Below, piece by piece: positions 19,405-29,877 of a stretch of DNA of 64,000 nt. Each line of letters starts with the position of its first letter. Positions within the stretch are counted from its first letter, which is position 1. Source of the DNA: Chloroflexota bacterium (lineage in GTDB: Bacteria > Chloroflexota > UBA11872 > VXOZ01); NCBI GenBank assembly GCA_964291655.2, contig OZ219802.1, positions 480,001 through 544,000 on the forward strand, read 5' to 3'. The notes under the pieces are model-generated. The model was given only the letters and a program-made list of their open reading frames with translations. It was not told the DNA's origin and did no database searches. Both the position numbers and the translations under genes were made by a program.

Positions 19405-20970
19405 ACGACGCACGGCTGCGCGCAGCGGAGCGGGCACCATCTCGGCCAAGAGTGCGAGTTCCGGCAGCTTGAGCAGGCGCAACACTCCCAGGTATGCCAA
19501 GAGCAACACCCCACCGCCGCCCACGACCAATGCCAAGAGGCCCACGGTACCGCCACCCTCCGTCATCACCCGCTGCACGTAGAGCATGCCGCCGGCCGCA
19601 AGTGCAATGAGAAGTGTAGTAGCGCCAATGGTAGCTATGAATCGGCCGATACCTTCACCGCCCACGCCCCCTAGCATGCGGCTGAGCAGCCACAGCATTA
19701 CAAGCGCATGGCCGGAGTTCTGTACCGTGTTCGCCAGCACAAGCCCCGGCATTCCAAGTGGCTGCAGCAACGGCAGGGCAACCGCCAGATAGAATCCGAT
19801 ACCCAAGAGGCCGACCAACACAGGAGTACGCGTGTTCTGGCGGGCGTAGAAGGCAAAAATGAAGAGCTGGTCCAAGCCGGTGAGCGGGAGTTGCAGGCTA
19901 TAGAGAAAGAGCGCCAGCCCCGTAGCGCTGGCGTCGGCGGCATCGAACGCGCCGCGCTGATAGACGAGCTCAACGATGGGTCGGTGCCAGATCAGCATCA
20001 AGGCGAAGACCGGCAACATCAGCAGCACAATGAGACGCACACCTTGGTTGAGGATGCGCCGAAAGTTCGCCGTGTCGAGGTTGCGTCCCTCAGCGGCCAG
20101 CAATGGGAGCACGGCAAGGGCAATCGCAGAGCCAACCAAACCAATGGGAAGCTGCACCAGCCGGGTCGCATAGTTCATCGCGGCGATGCTGCCTTCTCCT
20201 GTTCGAGATGCGAGGTTGCGATCCAGCAATATTGCGAGTTGCGTGATGATAAGCCCCGCAAAAACCGGCGCATAGAGTCTCAGGATTTGGCGTACGCCCG
20301 GATGACTGAGCACGGCGCGTGGACGAATCCCCATGCGCCACAGTCCAGGAGCCTGAAGTACCAACTGCCCCACAGATCCCACCAATACGCCGATGACAAG
20401 ACTCACAACCCCAAAGCGGCTAACGAAAAGCAACGCCATAAGGATAATGCCAAGGTTGTAGACCGCCGCACAAAAGGCAGGATAGTAGGGTCTGTGCCCA
20501 GCGTAGAGCGCAGCATTGACTACACCCGACAGACCAAGAAAGGCAACGGCAGGAGATGCGAGCCGCGTCAGACTGACCGTCTGCTCGAGAGATTCAGGAG
20601 AGAAACCAGGAACCAATATGCGGACGAGCGGCTCAGCCAGCAGGACGAGCACAACGACCGAAATACCGAGAACGATGCCCGCCAATGCGAGCATGGCACC
20701 GAACAGAGCCGACAGCTCACGGTTGTTTTTCGCGTAGTCGGCAAATACGGGGACCAAGACCGCGGTAACGGCGCCACCAAGTAAAAGGTCGTAAACCATC
20801 GTCGGCACTTGGGACGCCGCCACAAACGAATCGGTGGCAGCACTTGCACCAAAAAGGTAGGCAACTATCTGTTCGCGAACCAACCCGAGAATGCGGCTAA
20901 GCACGTTGCCGAGCAGCAACACCACCGCGGCACGAGCCAGGATCGCGTCGGTGGAGACAGACGAGTTCAT
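19402..20970 (-). CDS. murJ: lipid II flippase MurJ (MviN)
   Basis: SRILGLVRE, YATRLVQLP, FYARQNTRTP; many TM helices. Confidence 0.92.
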   Translation of the reverse strand: MNSSVSTDAILARAAVVLLLGNVLSRILGLVREQIVAYLFGASAATDSFVAASQVPTMVYDLLLGGAVTAVLVPVFADYAKNNRELSALFGAMLALAGIVLGISVVVLVLLAEPLVRILVPGFSPESLEQTVSLTRLASPAVAFLGLSGVVNAALYAGHRPYYPAFCAAVYNLGIILMALLFVSRFGVVSLVIGVLVGSVGQLVLQAPGLWRMGIRPRAVLSHPGVRQILRLYAPVFAGLIITQLAILLDRNLASRTGEGSIAAMNYATRLVQLPIGLVGSAIALAVLPLLAAEGRNLDTANFRRILNQGVRLIVLLMLPVFALMLIWHRPIVELVYQRGAFDAADASATGLALFLYSLQLPLTGLDQLFIFAFYARQNTRTPVLVGLLGIGFYLAVALPLLQPLGMPGLVLANTVQNSGHALVMLWLLSRMLGGVGGEGIGRFIATIGATTLLIALAAGGMLYVQRVMTEGGGTVGLLALVVGGGGVLLLAYLGVLRLLKLPELALLAEMVPAPLRAAVRR

Positions 20971-21425
20971 TTATGGCAGAGCACTTGAGACTGACAAACC
21001 TCGCGGCAATCTTGCACTGGCGCGGCGTTCCGCCAGTGGTACAGACACGAATCTTGCATCAGCTTACGCCCCGCCATCAATCGAACTTTGACGTGCCGAA
21101 TTGTCCACGGCGAACTGCTCGCTTTCTCTTAGGCAGCGGGCTTGGAGCTTTATGTAACGCAGCCGTCTAACGCCACTCTCGATTGGTGGGCGCCGGAAGC
21201 AATTATGCTCACTTGCAACTCTCCAGGAGCATTAAGTCTACGGCGACGTTCCGTGTCGCCGGCTGAGTTTGCAATAGCCTCCAAGTGCGCACCAGAAACC
21301 TCAGTCTGTAAGATTGGGGTTCAGTTCAAGCAATGTCCCACGATGCGCATTGTCAGCAAGATCGATGTCATGTGCCACAAAAAGGAAGTCGGTCGCGGCT
21401 TCGACCCGCTGGCTTGGCGTTGAGC

Positions 21426-23099
21426 CTATCCTCCCCGCTTGCGTCGCATGCGGCGAATGCCCGACCACATACCGAGACCAAGCAAACCGACGATTACCAA
21501 TGGAATGCCGAATACGAGCACCCAAATCGACACGTTGACCGTAGCCTGAGCCACGACGATGAGTGCGGCGATGCTTGATTCAACGGTCTGCCCGGGCTGC
21601 CACACGGACCGCGTAGAGACATCCTCTCGCAACGCCGTAAGGACCATTTCGGCCTGGTTGTTGAATGCAACGGCATCAACTTGCTCGGCAGCGATGGAAA
21701 TGGGGATCTGCAAGCGACCCTCCGCTACGTCTACCCGAGCGTGCATGAGGACCTCATTGCTGGCGCCTGCTTGCAGGAGTCCGAGCTTCCACTCCACAGT
21801 GCCTGTATCACGATCGAAGCTGCCTCCAGAATCCGCTCGGACGAAGGTCAAACCCGGCGGCAGTGTCGTTCGAACAGTGACATCGGTGGCATCACCGGTA
21901 CCGGCATTCGTAAAGTAAATCCAGATGGGTAGGTCGCTCCCCTGGGCGCCGGAAGCCGGGCCTTCGACCTGCAACGTGAGGTCCGGTGCGAATGACAGTG
22001 TTAAGTTGGCTGCATTGTTTGCGTCATTCGCCTCAGCGCTTGCCGATTGGATGTGAGCCTGCAGCAGTATGTCGTCTTCCGTAGACTCCACACGCATGCG
22101 GGCAAAAACAGTATTCACAGAGCCGGCTGCGACGTCTGAGAGATTCCAACGGATCTCACGGGCGAGCGGAAGGTAAATGCCCCCCTGGCCTACATCGATC
22201 ATGCTGAGGAGTTCCGGTACGCGCAGCACCAAGATCCCGTCACGTGCCGAGACACTTCCGTCATTGCGATAAGTCAGAGCAAAGGTGGTAATGGCGTGGG
22301 CGGCGGGCAGATCTTGAGCGGCAAGTGCTACGGAAATGTCCGGTGGCGCATGGAGCAATACAATGATTGTCGCAAGTGCTATGCGATTTTCAAGGACATT
22401 GAAGCGCCCCTGGAGTAGCTCGATCTCTCCCCGCACCTCCGCCAGACGTTTTTCAACCTTCAGCAAGTCGTCTACCGTGTCGGCCTGTTCCACCAGCGTA
22501 AGGAGCTGTGTCTCAGCTGCCTGCAGGTTGCGGAGACGCGCATCGAGGTCAGTGTATTCTTCAGTAACGTCGCGGGCAGCGGTTTGCTCGGCCAAAACTT
22601 CCTGGGCAAGTGCCCGCAAGGCAGCCATGGCCTGGTCGAAGGCCTCTGCCGGCACCCGCAACGTCAGCGAGGTCGGCTGCAGGTCCCCGGCCTGCCGTAC
22701 TTCAGCAGTGGCAACGAACGCTCCCGGAATCCCTGCAATTATCTGCTCGACTTCGTTTACGGCAGTTGCGGGATTGCCCACGACGAGGGTGAGGGCGCCA
22801 TTGCGAATAACCTTGGCATCGGTGGCAAAACTCGCGGCCGAAACCGGGGCAGCCATTGCTAGCTTCTGTGAGCTACTTACCACTTGAGGCGCAGCCTCTG
22901 CCGCCGGTGCCATTTCTTGCCGTTCCGCTGCTTCGCTATCCGCAGCAGCCATGGATTCTTCCGCGTATTCAGAACTGGCTCCCAAGAACATCGTTTCCTG
23001 GGTAACGCCTGCAAATGAAGAAAACGCGAAAATGCCGACAAGCACTGCCCCGGCAAGGGCCGCAATCACCGCTCCCAAGAGCAATAGGGTTCTTTTCAT
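21426..23099 (-). CDS. DUF4349-family membrane-anchored protein with inserted DUF11-like Ig repeats
   Basis: KVIRNGAL, LTLRVPA, DVTEEYTDLDARL, LAEVRGEIE; two YxNxG...LPxGL..G..V.W repeats; N- and C-terminal TM. SD GGAGG. Confidence 0.75.
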   Translation of the reverse strand: MKRTLLLLGAVIAALAGAVLVGIFAFSSFAGVTQETMFLGASSEYAEESMAAADSEAAERQEMAPAAEAAPQVVSSSQKLAMAAPVSAASFATDAKVIRNGALTLVVGNPATAVNEVEQIIAGIPGAFVATAEVRQAGDLQPTSLTLRVPAEAFDQAMAALRALAQEVLAEQTAARDVTEEYTDLDARLRNLQAAETQLLTLVEQADTVDDLLKVEKRLAEVRGEIELLQGRFNVLENRIALATIIVLLHAPPDISVALAAQDLPAAHAITTFALTYRNDGSVSARDGILVLRVPELLSMIDVGQGGIYLPLAREIRWNLSDVAAGSVNTVFARMRVESTEDDILLQAHIQSASAEANDANNAANLTLSFAPDLTLQVEGPASGAQGSDLPIWIYFTNAGTGDATDVTVRTTLPPGLTFVRADSGGSFDRDTGTVEWKLGLLQAGASNEVLMHARVDVAEGRLQIPISIAAEQVDAVAFNNQAEMVLTALREDVSTRSVWQPGQTVESSIAALIVVAQATVNVSIWVLVFGIPLVIVGLLGLGMWSGIRRMRRKRGG

Positions 23100-23266
23100 G
23101 TGACCTACCTCCGACTCGTGAGATGCACATCTTGATGCGTCGGTGTCCAACCGCTGCGCTAGCGTGTCACTCTCTTGCTGCCATGCATCGCAATCAGTGC
23201 AGCGGGAGTATGGATCAAGCCAAGCACATGTGTGAAGAACACCACATCAGTACAGTCGCGCTATGG

Positions 23267-24499
23267 CTACGGAGCTCGGCTACTGTCCAACGCGCGCATG
23301 TAGGCCCGCATGGCGCGGTCGGTCTGTTCTATGCCCTGATAGACGTCACCGAGCCGCTGCCACGCCTGCAGCTTATTGGGGGAGGAGGCCGCAATCGCCT
23401 CAAGTTCTTGTGCCAAAGCACTGAGCGTGTCCTCATCCATCTGGGCACCTTCCCGCTCCAGTCTGTGCAGCAGAGTCTCCCAGGTCTCGGAACTCTCCCC
23501 GCGATCACCATCGTCAGGAGCAGTCCCCGACGTCGTCGCTGGTACCGCTACTGCCGTTTCTTCCTTCTCGGTTTCGGTGCTTTGGGCTGGTGTAACAAGG
23601 ATTCGCTTTTGACCTTCTTGCGCTTCTGCTGCGGCGCGCGCGCTTAGGCGGGCCGCTGCACGTTTGCGTGCGTCAGGCGCTTCCGATTCTTTCTTGGCAG
23701 CCAGCGTTGCTTCGATTCGTTGCAGGAAGTCAATCGGCACTTCAATTTCGGCATCGTCGCTCGGCAAGGGTAAGCGTGAAGGGCCATTTGCGGGGTAGAG
23801 TGCGCGCGCCAGCGCGAAATCCGGGTCTATCTGGCGAGATCGCTCCAAGAGTTGCCGCGCTTGATCGATGAGACCCATGTGCGCCCGTACGTCAGCCGAC
23901 AACAAGATCGCCTTTAGACAGTTTGGATGCTCACGGACGATCTCGTCGGCGAGTCTACTGGCCGCCTGCCTGTCCCCATTGAGCCAATGCGCTTCCATCA
24001 AGGCGACTTGCGCACTCCAGTGAATCTCGGTCTCTTCCAATAAACGCCGAAACTCCGCAATTGCATGCTCCAGCAGCCCGCTGCGCAGGTGTATTCGCGC
24101 GAGGCCGGCCCGGGTCAAGAGCCCGTTTCCGTTCGAATCGCCGTGACCCTCGCGCCCGAGGACCAGCATGCGTTGTTTCACGTCTGTGCGGGTGGGATCA
24201 CTCTCAAACGCGCGACGAATCACAACGAGCCGTTCGCTGTCTCTCCCTAGAGTCTCCAAGACTTCTGCGAATCTCATGAGAATGGGGGCACTTTCCGGGT
24301 CAATGTCAAGCGCCTGTAGCAACTGCTCTTCCGCTTGCGCAGGCTGATCAGTTTCTAAGTAGACTTGCCCGAGCAGGGTTCGCGCCGCCAGGTTACTCGG
24401 GGACTGCTTGAGCAAATAGCGGGCTATCTCTTCCGCAAGCGCAAAGTGATTCAGCGCTAGCGCCTGTTCTCCCCATTGCAGGAAATCTCTTAGTTTCAT
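23267..24499 (-). CDS. tetratricopeptide repeat protein
   Basis: Multiple TPR units (ARTLLGQVY..AEEQLLQALDIDP; WQRLGDVY..RAMRAY) with an acidic linker. Confidence 0.8.
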   Translation of the reverse strand: MKLRDFLQWGEQALALNHFALAEEIARYLLKQSPSNLAARTLLGQVYLETDQPAQAEEQLLQALDIDPESAPILMRFAEVLETLGRDSERLVVIRRAFESDPTRTDVKQRMLVLGREGHGDSNGNGLLTRAGLARIHLRSGLLEHAIAEFRRLLEETEIHWSAQVALMEAHWLNGDRQAASRLADEIVREHPNCLKAILLSADVRAHMGLIDQARQLLERSRQIDPDFALARALYPANGPSRLPLPSDDAEIEVPIDFLQRIEATLAAKKESEAPDARKRAAARLSARAAAEAQEGQKRILVTPAQSTETEKEETAVAVPATTSGTAPDDGDRGESSETWETLLHRLEREGAQMDEDTLSALAQELEAIAASSPNKLQAWQRLGDVYQGIEQTDRAMRAYMRALDSSRAP

Positions 24500-24743
24500 G
24501 TGCTCCTATGTTCCTCAGCAGTGGTGCGAGCTCACCACCGGCCAACAGTGCCACAGTGCCGATCGCCCGATCTCGTCAGCCTTGCTCACCGTATTCTCTG
24601 GGATCCCAGATTTCACGCACCTACGGACTGCGGCACGGGCATCTCGGTCTGCTAGTCCATCGCATCTTAGGATACACTCCGCTGCGCCATTTCGGTTGCT
24701 CTCCCCGCGCCTGTAACTGCCGGCTGCCCACTAAAGCCACGAC

Positions 24744-26036
24744 CTAATTCCACATGCTCACGAGGTCTTCCATAGCTGCGCGATCAAGCCCCGGCCCTAC
24801 CAGCGCCACGTGAGCCCAACCGGGAATGAAGATGCGTTGCGCCACACGCAAGACATCATCCGCCGTAATGGCGTCGATGATAGCGAGCATTTCGTCCAAC
24901 GTAATCGTCGTGTGCATCAGCACCTCTTGGCTGCCGTACCAGCTTGCAACGTTCCAGCTATCTTCCATGCTCAGCAGCAACCGGCCCTTGGTGAATTCGC
25001 GCACCTTGTCCATTTCCTCTGCCGGGAGTTTCTCTTGCCGAATACGATCCACCTGCTCCCAAATGGCAGCCAGGGCGCTCCCCAAGTGCCCATCATCTAC
25101 CCCGGCGGTAATGACGAATGCGCCCGTGTCGAAGTACTGCTCTGCGTACGTAAAAATGTCGTACGCCAATCCAAGCCGTTCGCGTACTTCCACCGCCAAG
25201 CGTGAACTCAAACCGTCTCCCAACGCAGCGTTTAGGAGTTCCAGAGCATGGCGATCGGGGTCAGCGTGAGAGAGACCTTTGCCGCCAATACAGAGCTGCA
25301 CGTGGCTATGGTCCTCAGCCTGCGTGATAACGCGATCGACGGTTTGCGTTGCGACGGCAGGCAGCCAAGCAGGGCCGGTTCCTTTGCGCAGACCACCAAA
25401 TGCCTGTTCCGCATGCGCAAAGGCATCATCGGCTTCCACACCTCCCGCAACCACTAGCACCATATTGTTGGCGCGGTAGAAGTCTTCCACATGCTTAGAC
25501 AGATCGTCTCGGGTGATGTTCATGATGGACTCTGGACGACCGCCAATATCTTCTCCGAGCGGATGGCCCGGCCACAACAGACGCGACATGAGCACGTGCA
25601 CCCAGTCGGTTGGCGTGTCCTGGTAGAGCTCAAGCTCTTCAAGAATTACACCACGCTCGCGCTCGACGTCATCGGGATTCAGCGCGGGATTAAGGGCAAT
25701 ATCGGCGAGAATATCAAACGCAATCGGAAGATGCTGAGACGCCACTTTCGCCCAAAAGACCGTTGCCTCCCGTCCGGTGCTCGCGTTCAGGAGACCGCCG
25801 GTGCGTTCGATTGCTTCCGCTATCTCCTGGGGATCAGGCCGCCGCAAAGTGCCTTTAAATAGCATGTGCTCCAGGAAGTGGGAGAGCCCCATGAGGTCGA
25901 AAGGTTCGTAGCGAGACCCGGCCCCACAGAAGAGGCTGACGGTTGCGGCACGGGTATGGGGCATTGGCAATACAACCACCCGCAGCCCATTGGGCAGGGT
26001 GCGCCTACGCAAAGCCTGCTCTTTCATTGATTGCAC
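24744..26036 (-). CDS. M16 (pitrilysin-family) zinc peptidase
   Basis: LPNGLRV, inverted zinc motif HFLEHMLFKG, SSRL..EVRERLGLAY. Confidence 0.92.
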   Translation of the reverse strand: MQSMKEQALRRRTLPNGLRVVVLPMPHTRAATVSLFCGAGSRYEPFDLMGLSHFLEHMLFKGTLRRPDPQEIAEAIERTGGLLNASTGREATVFWAKVASQHLPIAFDILADIALNPALNPDDVERERGVILEELELYQDTPTDWVHVLMSRLLWPGHPLGEDIGGRPESIMNITRDDLSKHVEDFYRANNMVLVVAGGVEADDAFAHAEQAFGGLRKGTGPAWLPAVATQTVDRVITQAEDHSHVQLCIGGKGLSHADPDRHALELLNAALGDGLSSRLAVEVRERLGLAYDIFTYAEQYFDTGAFVITAGVDDGHLGSALAAIWEQVDRIRQEKLPAEEMDKVREFTKGRLLLSMEDSWNVASWYGSQEVLMHTTITLDEMLAIIDAITADDVLRVAQRIFIPGWAHVALVGPGLDRAAMEDLVSMWN

Positions 26037-26039
26037 CCG

Positions 26040-27287
26040 TTAGGCAACGTTGGGTAAAGAAGCGATCTGCGCAAGCTCTTTCAGGGCACGCTGTACCGCC
26101 GCATCCTCTTCGAGGGAATCCATAATATCGGCTTCAATTTCAATGTCAGGAGCAATCCCGATTTCGGAGATTGACTCCCTTCCCGGTGTAAGCCAACGCG
26201 CGATCGTTACACGAAGTTGGGAGCCATCGCTCAGGTCGTGGGGAAGCTGCACCGTACCCTTGCCATACGTTCGCTGCCCAATGATTACTGCCCGGCCGTA
26301 ATGGGACAGGGCGCCGGCAACGATTTCCGATGCGCTCGCGCTGCGCTCGTTTACCAGAACTACAAGGGGAATGTTGCGGGCCACACCGCTACTGCGCACT
26401 CGATACGGGCGTTGCTGCTGCGCCTGCTCTTCATAGAGGACCACTGTGCCGCGGTCCAAGAATTCGCTCGTCACGCGTATTGCCGTACCCAGCAGACCAC
26501 CGGGATTATCGCGCAGATCAAGGATCAGGCCGGGCGCCTCGTCATCGATCAGTGATTCCAAGGTCGTGTGCAGTTCGTCAGCCGTAAGGGCGCCAAAGCT
26601 CCACAGCCGAATGTAGCCCACGTTTCCTGACAGCGTTTCCGTCGTTAGCGAAGGAATTACCACTTCGGCACGGGTGATTGTCACATCGAACGGCTCGTCA
26701 TCTCCACGCTTAATCGTGAGCACGACATCAGTTCCGGCTTGGCCGCGAATGCGCAGCGCCGTGTGTTCCACCGTGTCGCCCTCTATTAGGGTTCCATCCA
26801 CTGCAACGATTACGTCTCCGGACTTTAGGCCGGCGTTCTGTGCGGGTGAATCATTGAATACCGAATGAATCAATATCTGGCCGTCTCGTTCATCGATTCG
26901 CGCGCCGATACCCTGGAACTTTTGTCGGGTTTGCTCCCGTGCGCGCTGGCTTACGGAGGGATCAAGCAGAGTCGTATGGGGATCTCCAAGAGAGTCCAAC
27001 ATGCCGCGAATAGCTCCGCGCATCATGGCATCCTGGTCTATCGGCTGCTTATAGAACTCTTGCGATACAATCTCCCAGACCTGTAAGAAAAGTTCCCACT
27101 GTTCGTCCTGCCCGACGGGCGGCGAAGCAGGCAAGACGCCGGGGAGGACACCAGACAGGACTGCGGCCAATGGCTGCAATGGCCCCCCTTTGCCCCCTGC
27201 CGCAAAGCCAGCGGCAAAGGCCCCTGAGCCAACCGTCACAACCAGCGAGAACGATAGGACAATCGCTAGGAAATGCTTGCGCTTCAT
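26040..27287 (-). CDS. ctpA: S41 carboxyl-terminal processing protease with PDZ domain
   Basis: LGDPHT, FQGIG, DLRDNPGG, SASASEI, TYGKGTVQ; N-terminal signal/TM. Confidence 0.92.
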   Translation of the reverse strand: MKRKHFLAIVLSFSLVVTVGSGAFAAGFAAGGKGGPLQPLAAVLSGVLPGVLPASPPVGQDEQWELFLQVWEIVSQEFYKQPIDQDAMMRGAIRGMLDSLGDPHTTLLDPSVSQRAREQTRQKFQGIGARIDERDGQILIHSVFNDSPAQNAGLKSGDVIVAVDGTLIEGDTVEHTALRIRGQAGTDVVLTIKRGDDEPFDVTITRAEVVIPSLTTETLSGNVGYIRLWSFGALTADELHTTLESLIDDEAPGLILDLRDNPGGLLGTAIRVTSEFLDRGTVVLYEEQAQQQRPYRVRSSGVARNIPLVVLVNERSASASEIVAGALSHYGRAVIIGQRTYGKGTVQLPHDLSDGSQLRVTIARWLTPGRESISEIGIAPDIEIEADIMDSLEEDAAVQRALKELAQIASLPNVA

Positions 27288-27680
27288 GGGTCAAGCCTCA
27301 ATTTAGGGTGGCATCCGACCTGGTTATTCCTAGTGTTTCGCAGCACCATGCGTTACCTTCACGATAGCATAGCACTATGCGAGAAACAACCGCCTTTCAA
27401 CCGCAGGCGCGGGCCCCTTACTTGCCATGGTCGAGACGAATTTCGTGCCGCAGGCGCGTCCTTTCTTCACCACGGTGCCGCTCAAGGGGCATCAAAGACA
27501 AGATCGGGTACTGGCTTATCGAAAGTCCTGTATTGCACATTTCATACGGGCGTCCGCCGTCTCTAAATCGGGAATTGCATCCCCCCTGGATGTCGACTCG
27601 CCAATTTGATTCTCTGTTGCTGGACGCGTATTATGGAGTTCAGATTATAAGTGACCAATGGCATGAAAGGGTAAACGGGA

Positions 27681-27950
27681 ATGCTTGGGACATTTGGGTG
27701 GACAGAGCTCCTCATAATCCTTGTGATTATCGTCATCCTCTTCGGGGGAAGCCGGATCGCAGGTCTTGGCGGTTCGCTGGGCAAGAGCATCCGCGAATTC
27801 CGCACGGCGATGAAGGAAGAGGACGAACCCAGCGAGTCAGATGACGAAAAGAAAGCAACTGATACCGCGGATTCAAAGAAGGAAGATGGCGAGAAGAAGG
27901 AGGATTCGGACCAGGCTGCAAGCAGCGAGGGCGAATCCAAGAAAAGCTAG
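27681..27950 (+). CDS. tatA: twin-arginine translocase subunit TatA/E
   Basis: GWTELLIIL..LFG..LGKSIREFR followed by a charged tail. Confidence 0.9.
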   Translation: MLGTFGWTELLIILVIIVILFGGSRIAGLGGSLGKSIREFRTAMKEEDEPSESDDEKKATDTADSKKEDGEKKEDSDQAASSEGESKKS

Positions 27951-27956
27951 CACATT

Positions 27957-28685
27957 GTGCTCAAGCGGCAGCGGCTTAGCTGGCTTGGGACTGCCGTCTG
28001 TGACTCACATGGCGCCCCCCGTGACGCGAATAGCAAATTCACTCTGATTCGTGTCTACGCGCAAGATATCCCAGCCCTATTGAAATACAACCGGTGGTTG
28101 ATGCTTTTCACCACCGGTTTTTTCTTTGTCGGCATCGTTGCCGGAGCTGCTCTTGGGCAGCTGTACCCTCTTGCGACTGAGTCCCTTCTACGCGTTTATG
28201 CCGAGCAAGTCGAGCGTCTCGGTGATATCGATTCTATTTCCACCGCAGCAATTCTCGGCAACAACCTGCGCATTCTGCTTCTCAGTCCTATATTTGCCAC
28301 GCTCACGCTCGGGCTCTACCCGCTAATCGTCGTCACACTGCCCGGTGTGCTCCTGGGCATGTTGGCGGTGCAAGTGGACTTTGCCGGTCCATTCCAGTTG
28401 CTCATTGGGCTCGTGCTCGTGCTGCCTCATGGTGTGTTCGAAATACCTGCAATCATGATCGGCAGTGCCCTCTCTCTGCGCCTCGCGTGGTCCTTCTTGC
28501 GACCGGTGCCTTCCCTCAGCTTCTTTGAGAGTGTTGCTTGGGCCGCGATCAACGTCATCAAAGGGTATGTCTTCCTCGTAATCCCTCTTATCGTGATTGC
28601 CGCTTGGGTGGAGGTGAACGTGACCGGCCAGATTGCCCGCTGGCTGATTGGCCTCAGTGCAATCATCACCATACCTCAGCCATAG
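27957..28685 (+). CDS. SpoIIM (DUF95) family membrane protein; start uncertain
   Basis: ILGNNLR, LPHGVFEIPA, AAWVEVNVT. Confidence 0.8.
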   Translation: MLKRQRLSWLGTAVCDSHGAPRDANSKFTLIRVYAQDIPALLKYNRWLMLFTTGFFFVGIVAGAALGQLYPLATESLLRVYAEQVERLGDIDSISTAAILGNNLRILLLSPIFATLTLGLYPLIVVTLPGVLLGMLAVQVDFAGPFQLLIGLVLVLPHGVFEIPAIMIGSALSLRLAWSFLRPVPSLSFFESVAWAAINVIKGYVFLVIPLIVIAAWVEVNVTGQIARWLIGLSAIITIPQP

Positions 28686-28758
28686 CAGAACTCTGGGCCG
28701 GATTGCGTGCTACAATTGAAAAGATACGGTTTCGTCAGCTATCGCAAACGTTGGAACG

Positions 28759-29847
28759 ATGAATTCACCGCCATCTTCAACCGCAAAGCGCCTGCAGCGA
28801 GTCCGCGATTGGCTCTCAGAGTCTGAGGCGGACGCGCTCCTCGTAAGCAACGACTACAACCGTCGCTACGTCTCCGGATTCACCGGGTCTTCCGGTTGGC
28901 TGCTGATTAGCGCTACCGATGCTCTCTTGATCACAGATTCCCGCTACACCGAACAGGCGGGAAGACAGGCCCAGGACTTTACGGTGGTGCCGCAGTCGGG
29001 GCAGATTGCTCCCCTGCTTATGGACCTCAGCAAGCAACACGGCATTGGACGGTTAGCCTTCGAATCGGAGCACGTCAGTGTTGCCACACATGATACATAC
29101 CGTGAGGCGTTTGCCGGCGAAGTCGAACTCATAGGGTATCAAGGATCAATTGAGAAACTTCGCGTTTCCAAGGAGCCGGACGAGGTGGCAGCGCTCCAGC
29201 GCGCCATAACTATTGCCGATGAGGCCCTCGCTGAGCTTCTCACGTGGTTGCATCCCGGTGTTACCGAGAAAGACGCAGCGTGGCGCCTGGAGGTACTGAT
29301 GCGGGAGGCCGGCGCCGAGGGACTCTCATTCCCCTCTATCGTCGCGGCCGGCCCGAACGGCGCGATGCCGCACCACAGGCCGGGAAACGACGTTATCCCC
29401 CGAGACACGTTCGTTGTTATGGACTTTGGTTGCGTCGCCAATGGGTACTGCTCCGACATGACCCGCACTGTGGTCCTCGGCAATCCCTCTCCCGAGATGC
29501 AAGCAATTTACAGAATTGTCTTCAAAGCACAAGAGCAGGCGGCGGCGCACGTGCGCGCGGGCATGACCGGCGTAGAGGCCGATGCCTTGGCTCGCGAAAT
29601 TATTGTGGGCGCGGGACACGGCGACCACTTCGGCCATGGTTTGGGCCATGGGGTAGGTCTGGAAATTCATGAGGCTCCCCGCCTTTCGCCCCTGGCTGGT
29701 GATACGCCTCTGCCGGAGGGCGCAGTTGTTTCTATCGAACCCGGCATTTACCTGCCCGGCGTGGGCGGTGTGCGCATTGAAGACTTGGTCTTGCTCCGCA
29801 AGGACGGCGCAGAGACACTCACCGGATCGCCAAAGATTACCTTTTAG
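28759..29847 (+). CDS. pepQ: Xaa-Pro peptidase (M24B)
   Basis: TDSRY, DFG..GYCSDMTRT, HGLGHGVGLEIHE, EPGIY, GVRIED. Confidence 0.92.
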   Translation: MNSPPSSTAKRLQRVRDWLSESEADALLVSNDYNRRYVSGFTGSSGWLLISATDALLITDSRYTEQAGRQAQDFTVVPQSGQIAPLLMDLSKQHGIGRLAFESEHVSVATHDTYREAFAGEVELIGYQGSIEKLRVSKEPDEVAALQRAITIADEALAELLTWLHPGVTEKDAAWRLEVLMREAGAEGLSFPSIVAAGPNGAMPHHRPGNDVIPRDTFVVMDFGCVANGYCSDMTRTVVLGNPSPEMQAIYRIVFKAQEQAAAHVRAGMTGVEADALAREIIVGAGHGDHFGHGLGHGVGLEIHEAPRLSPLAGDTPLPEGAVVSIEPGIYLPGVGGVRIEDLVLLRKDGAETLTGSPKITF

Positions 29848-29877
29848 TAGAAGTGACATTGCAGGAGGCATTACGCG

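Noticed and set aside
19708-20784. 358-aa plus-strand ORF
   Set aside because: Antisense shadow of murJ, typical of high-GC codon bias.
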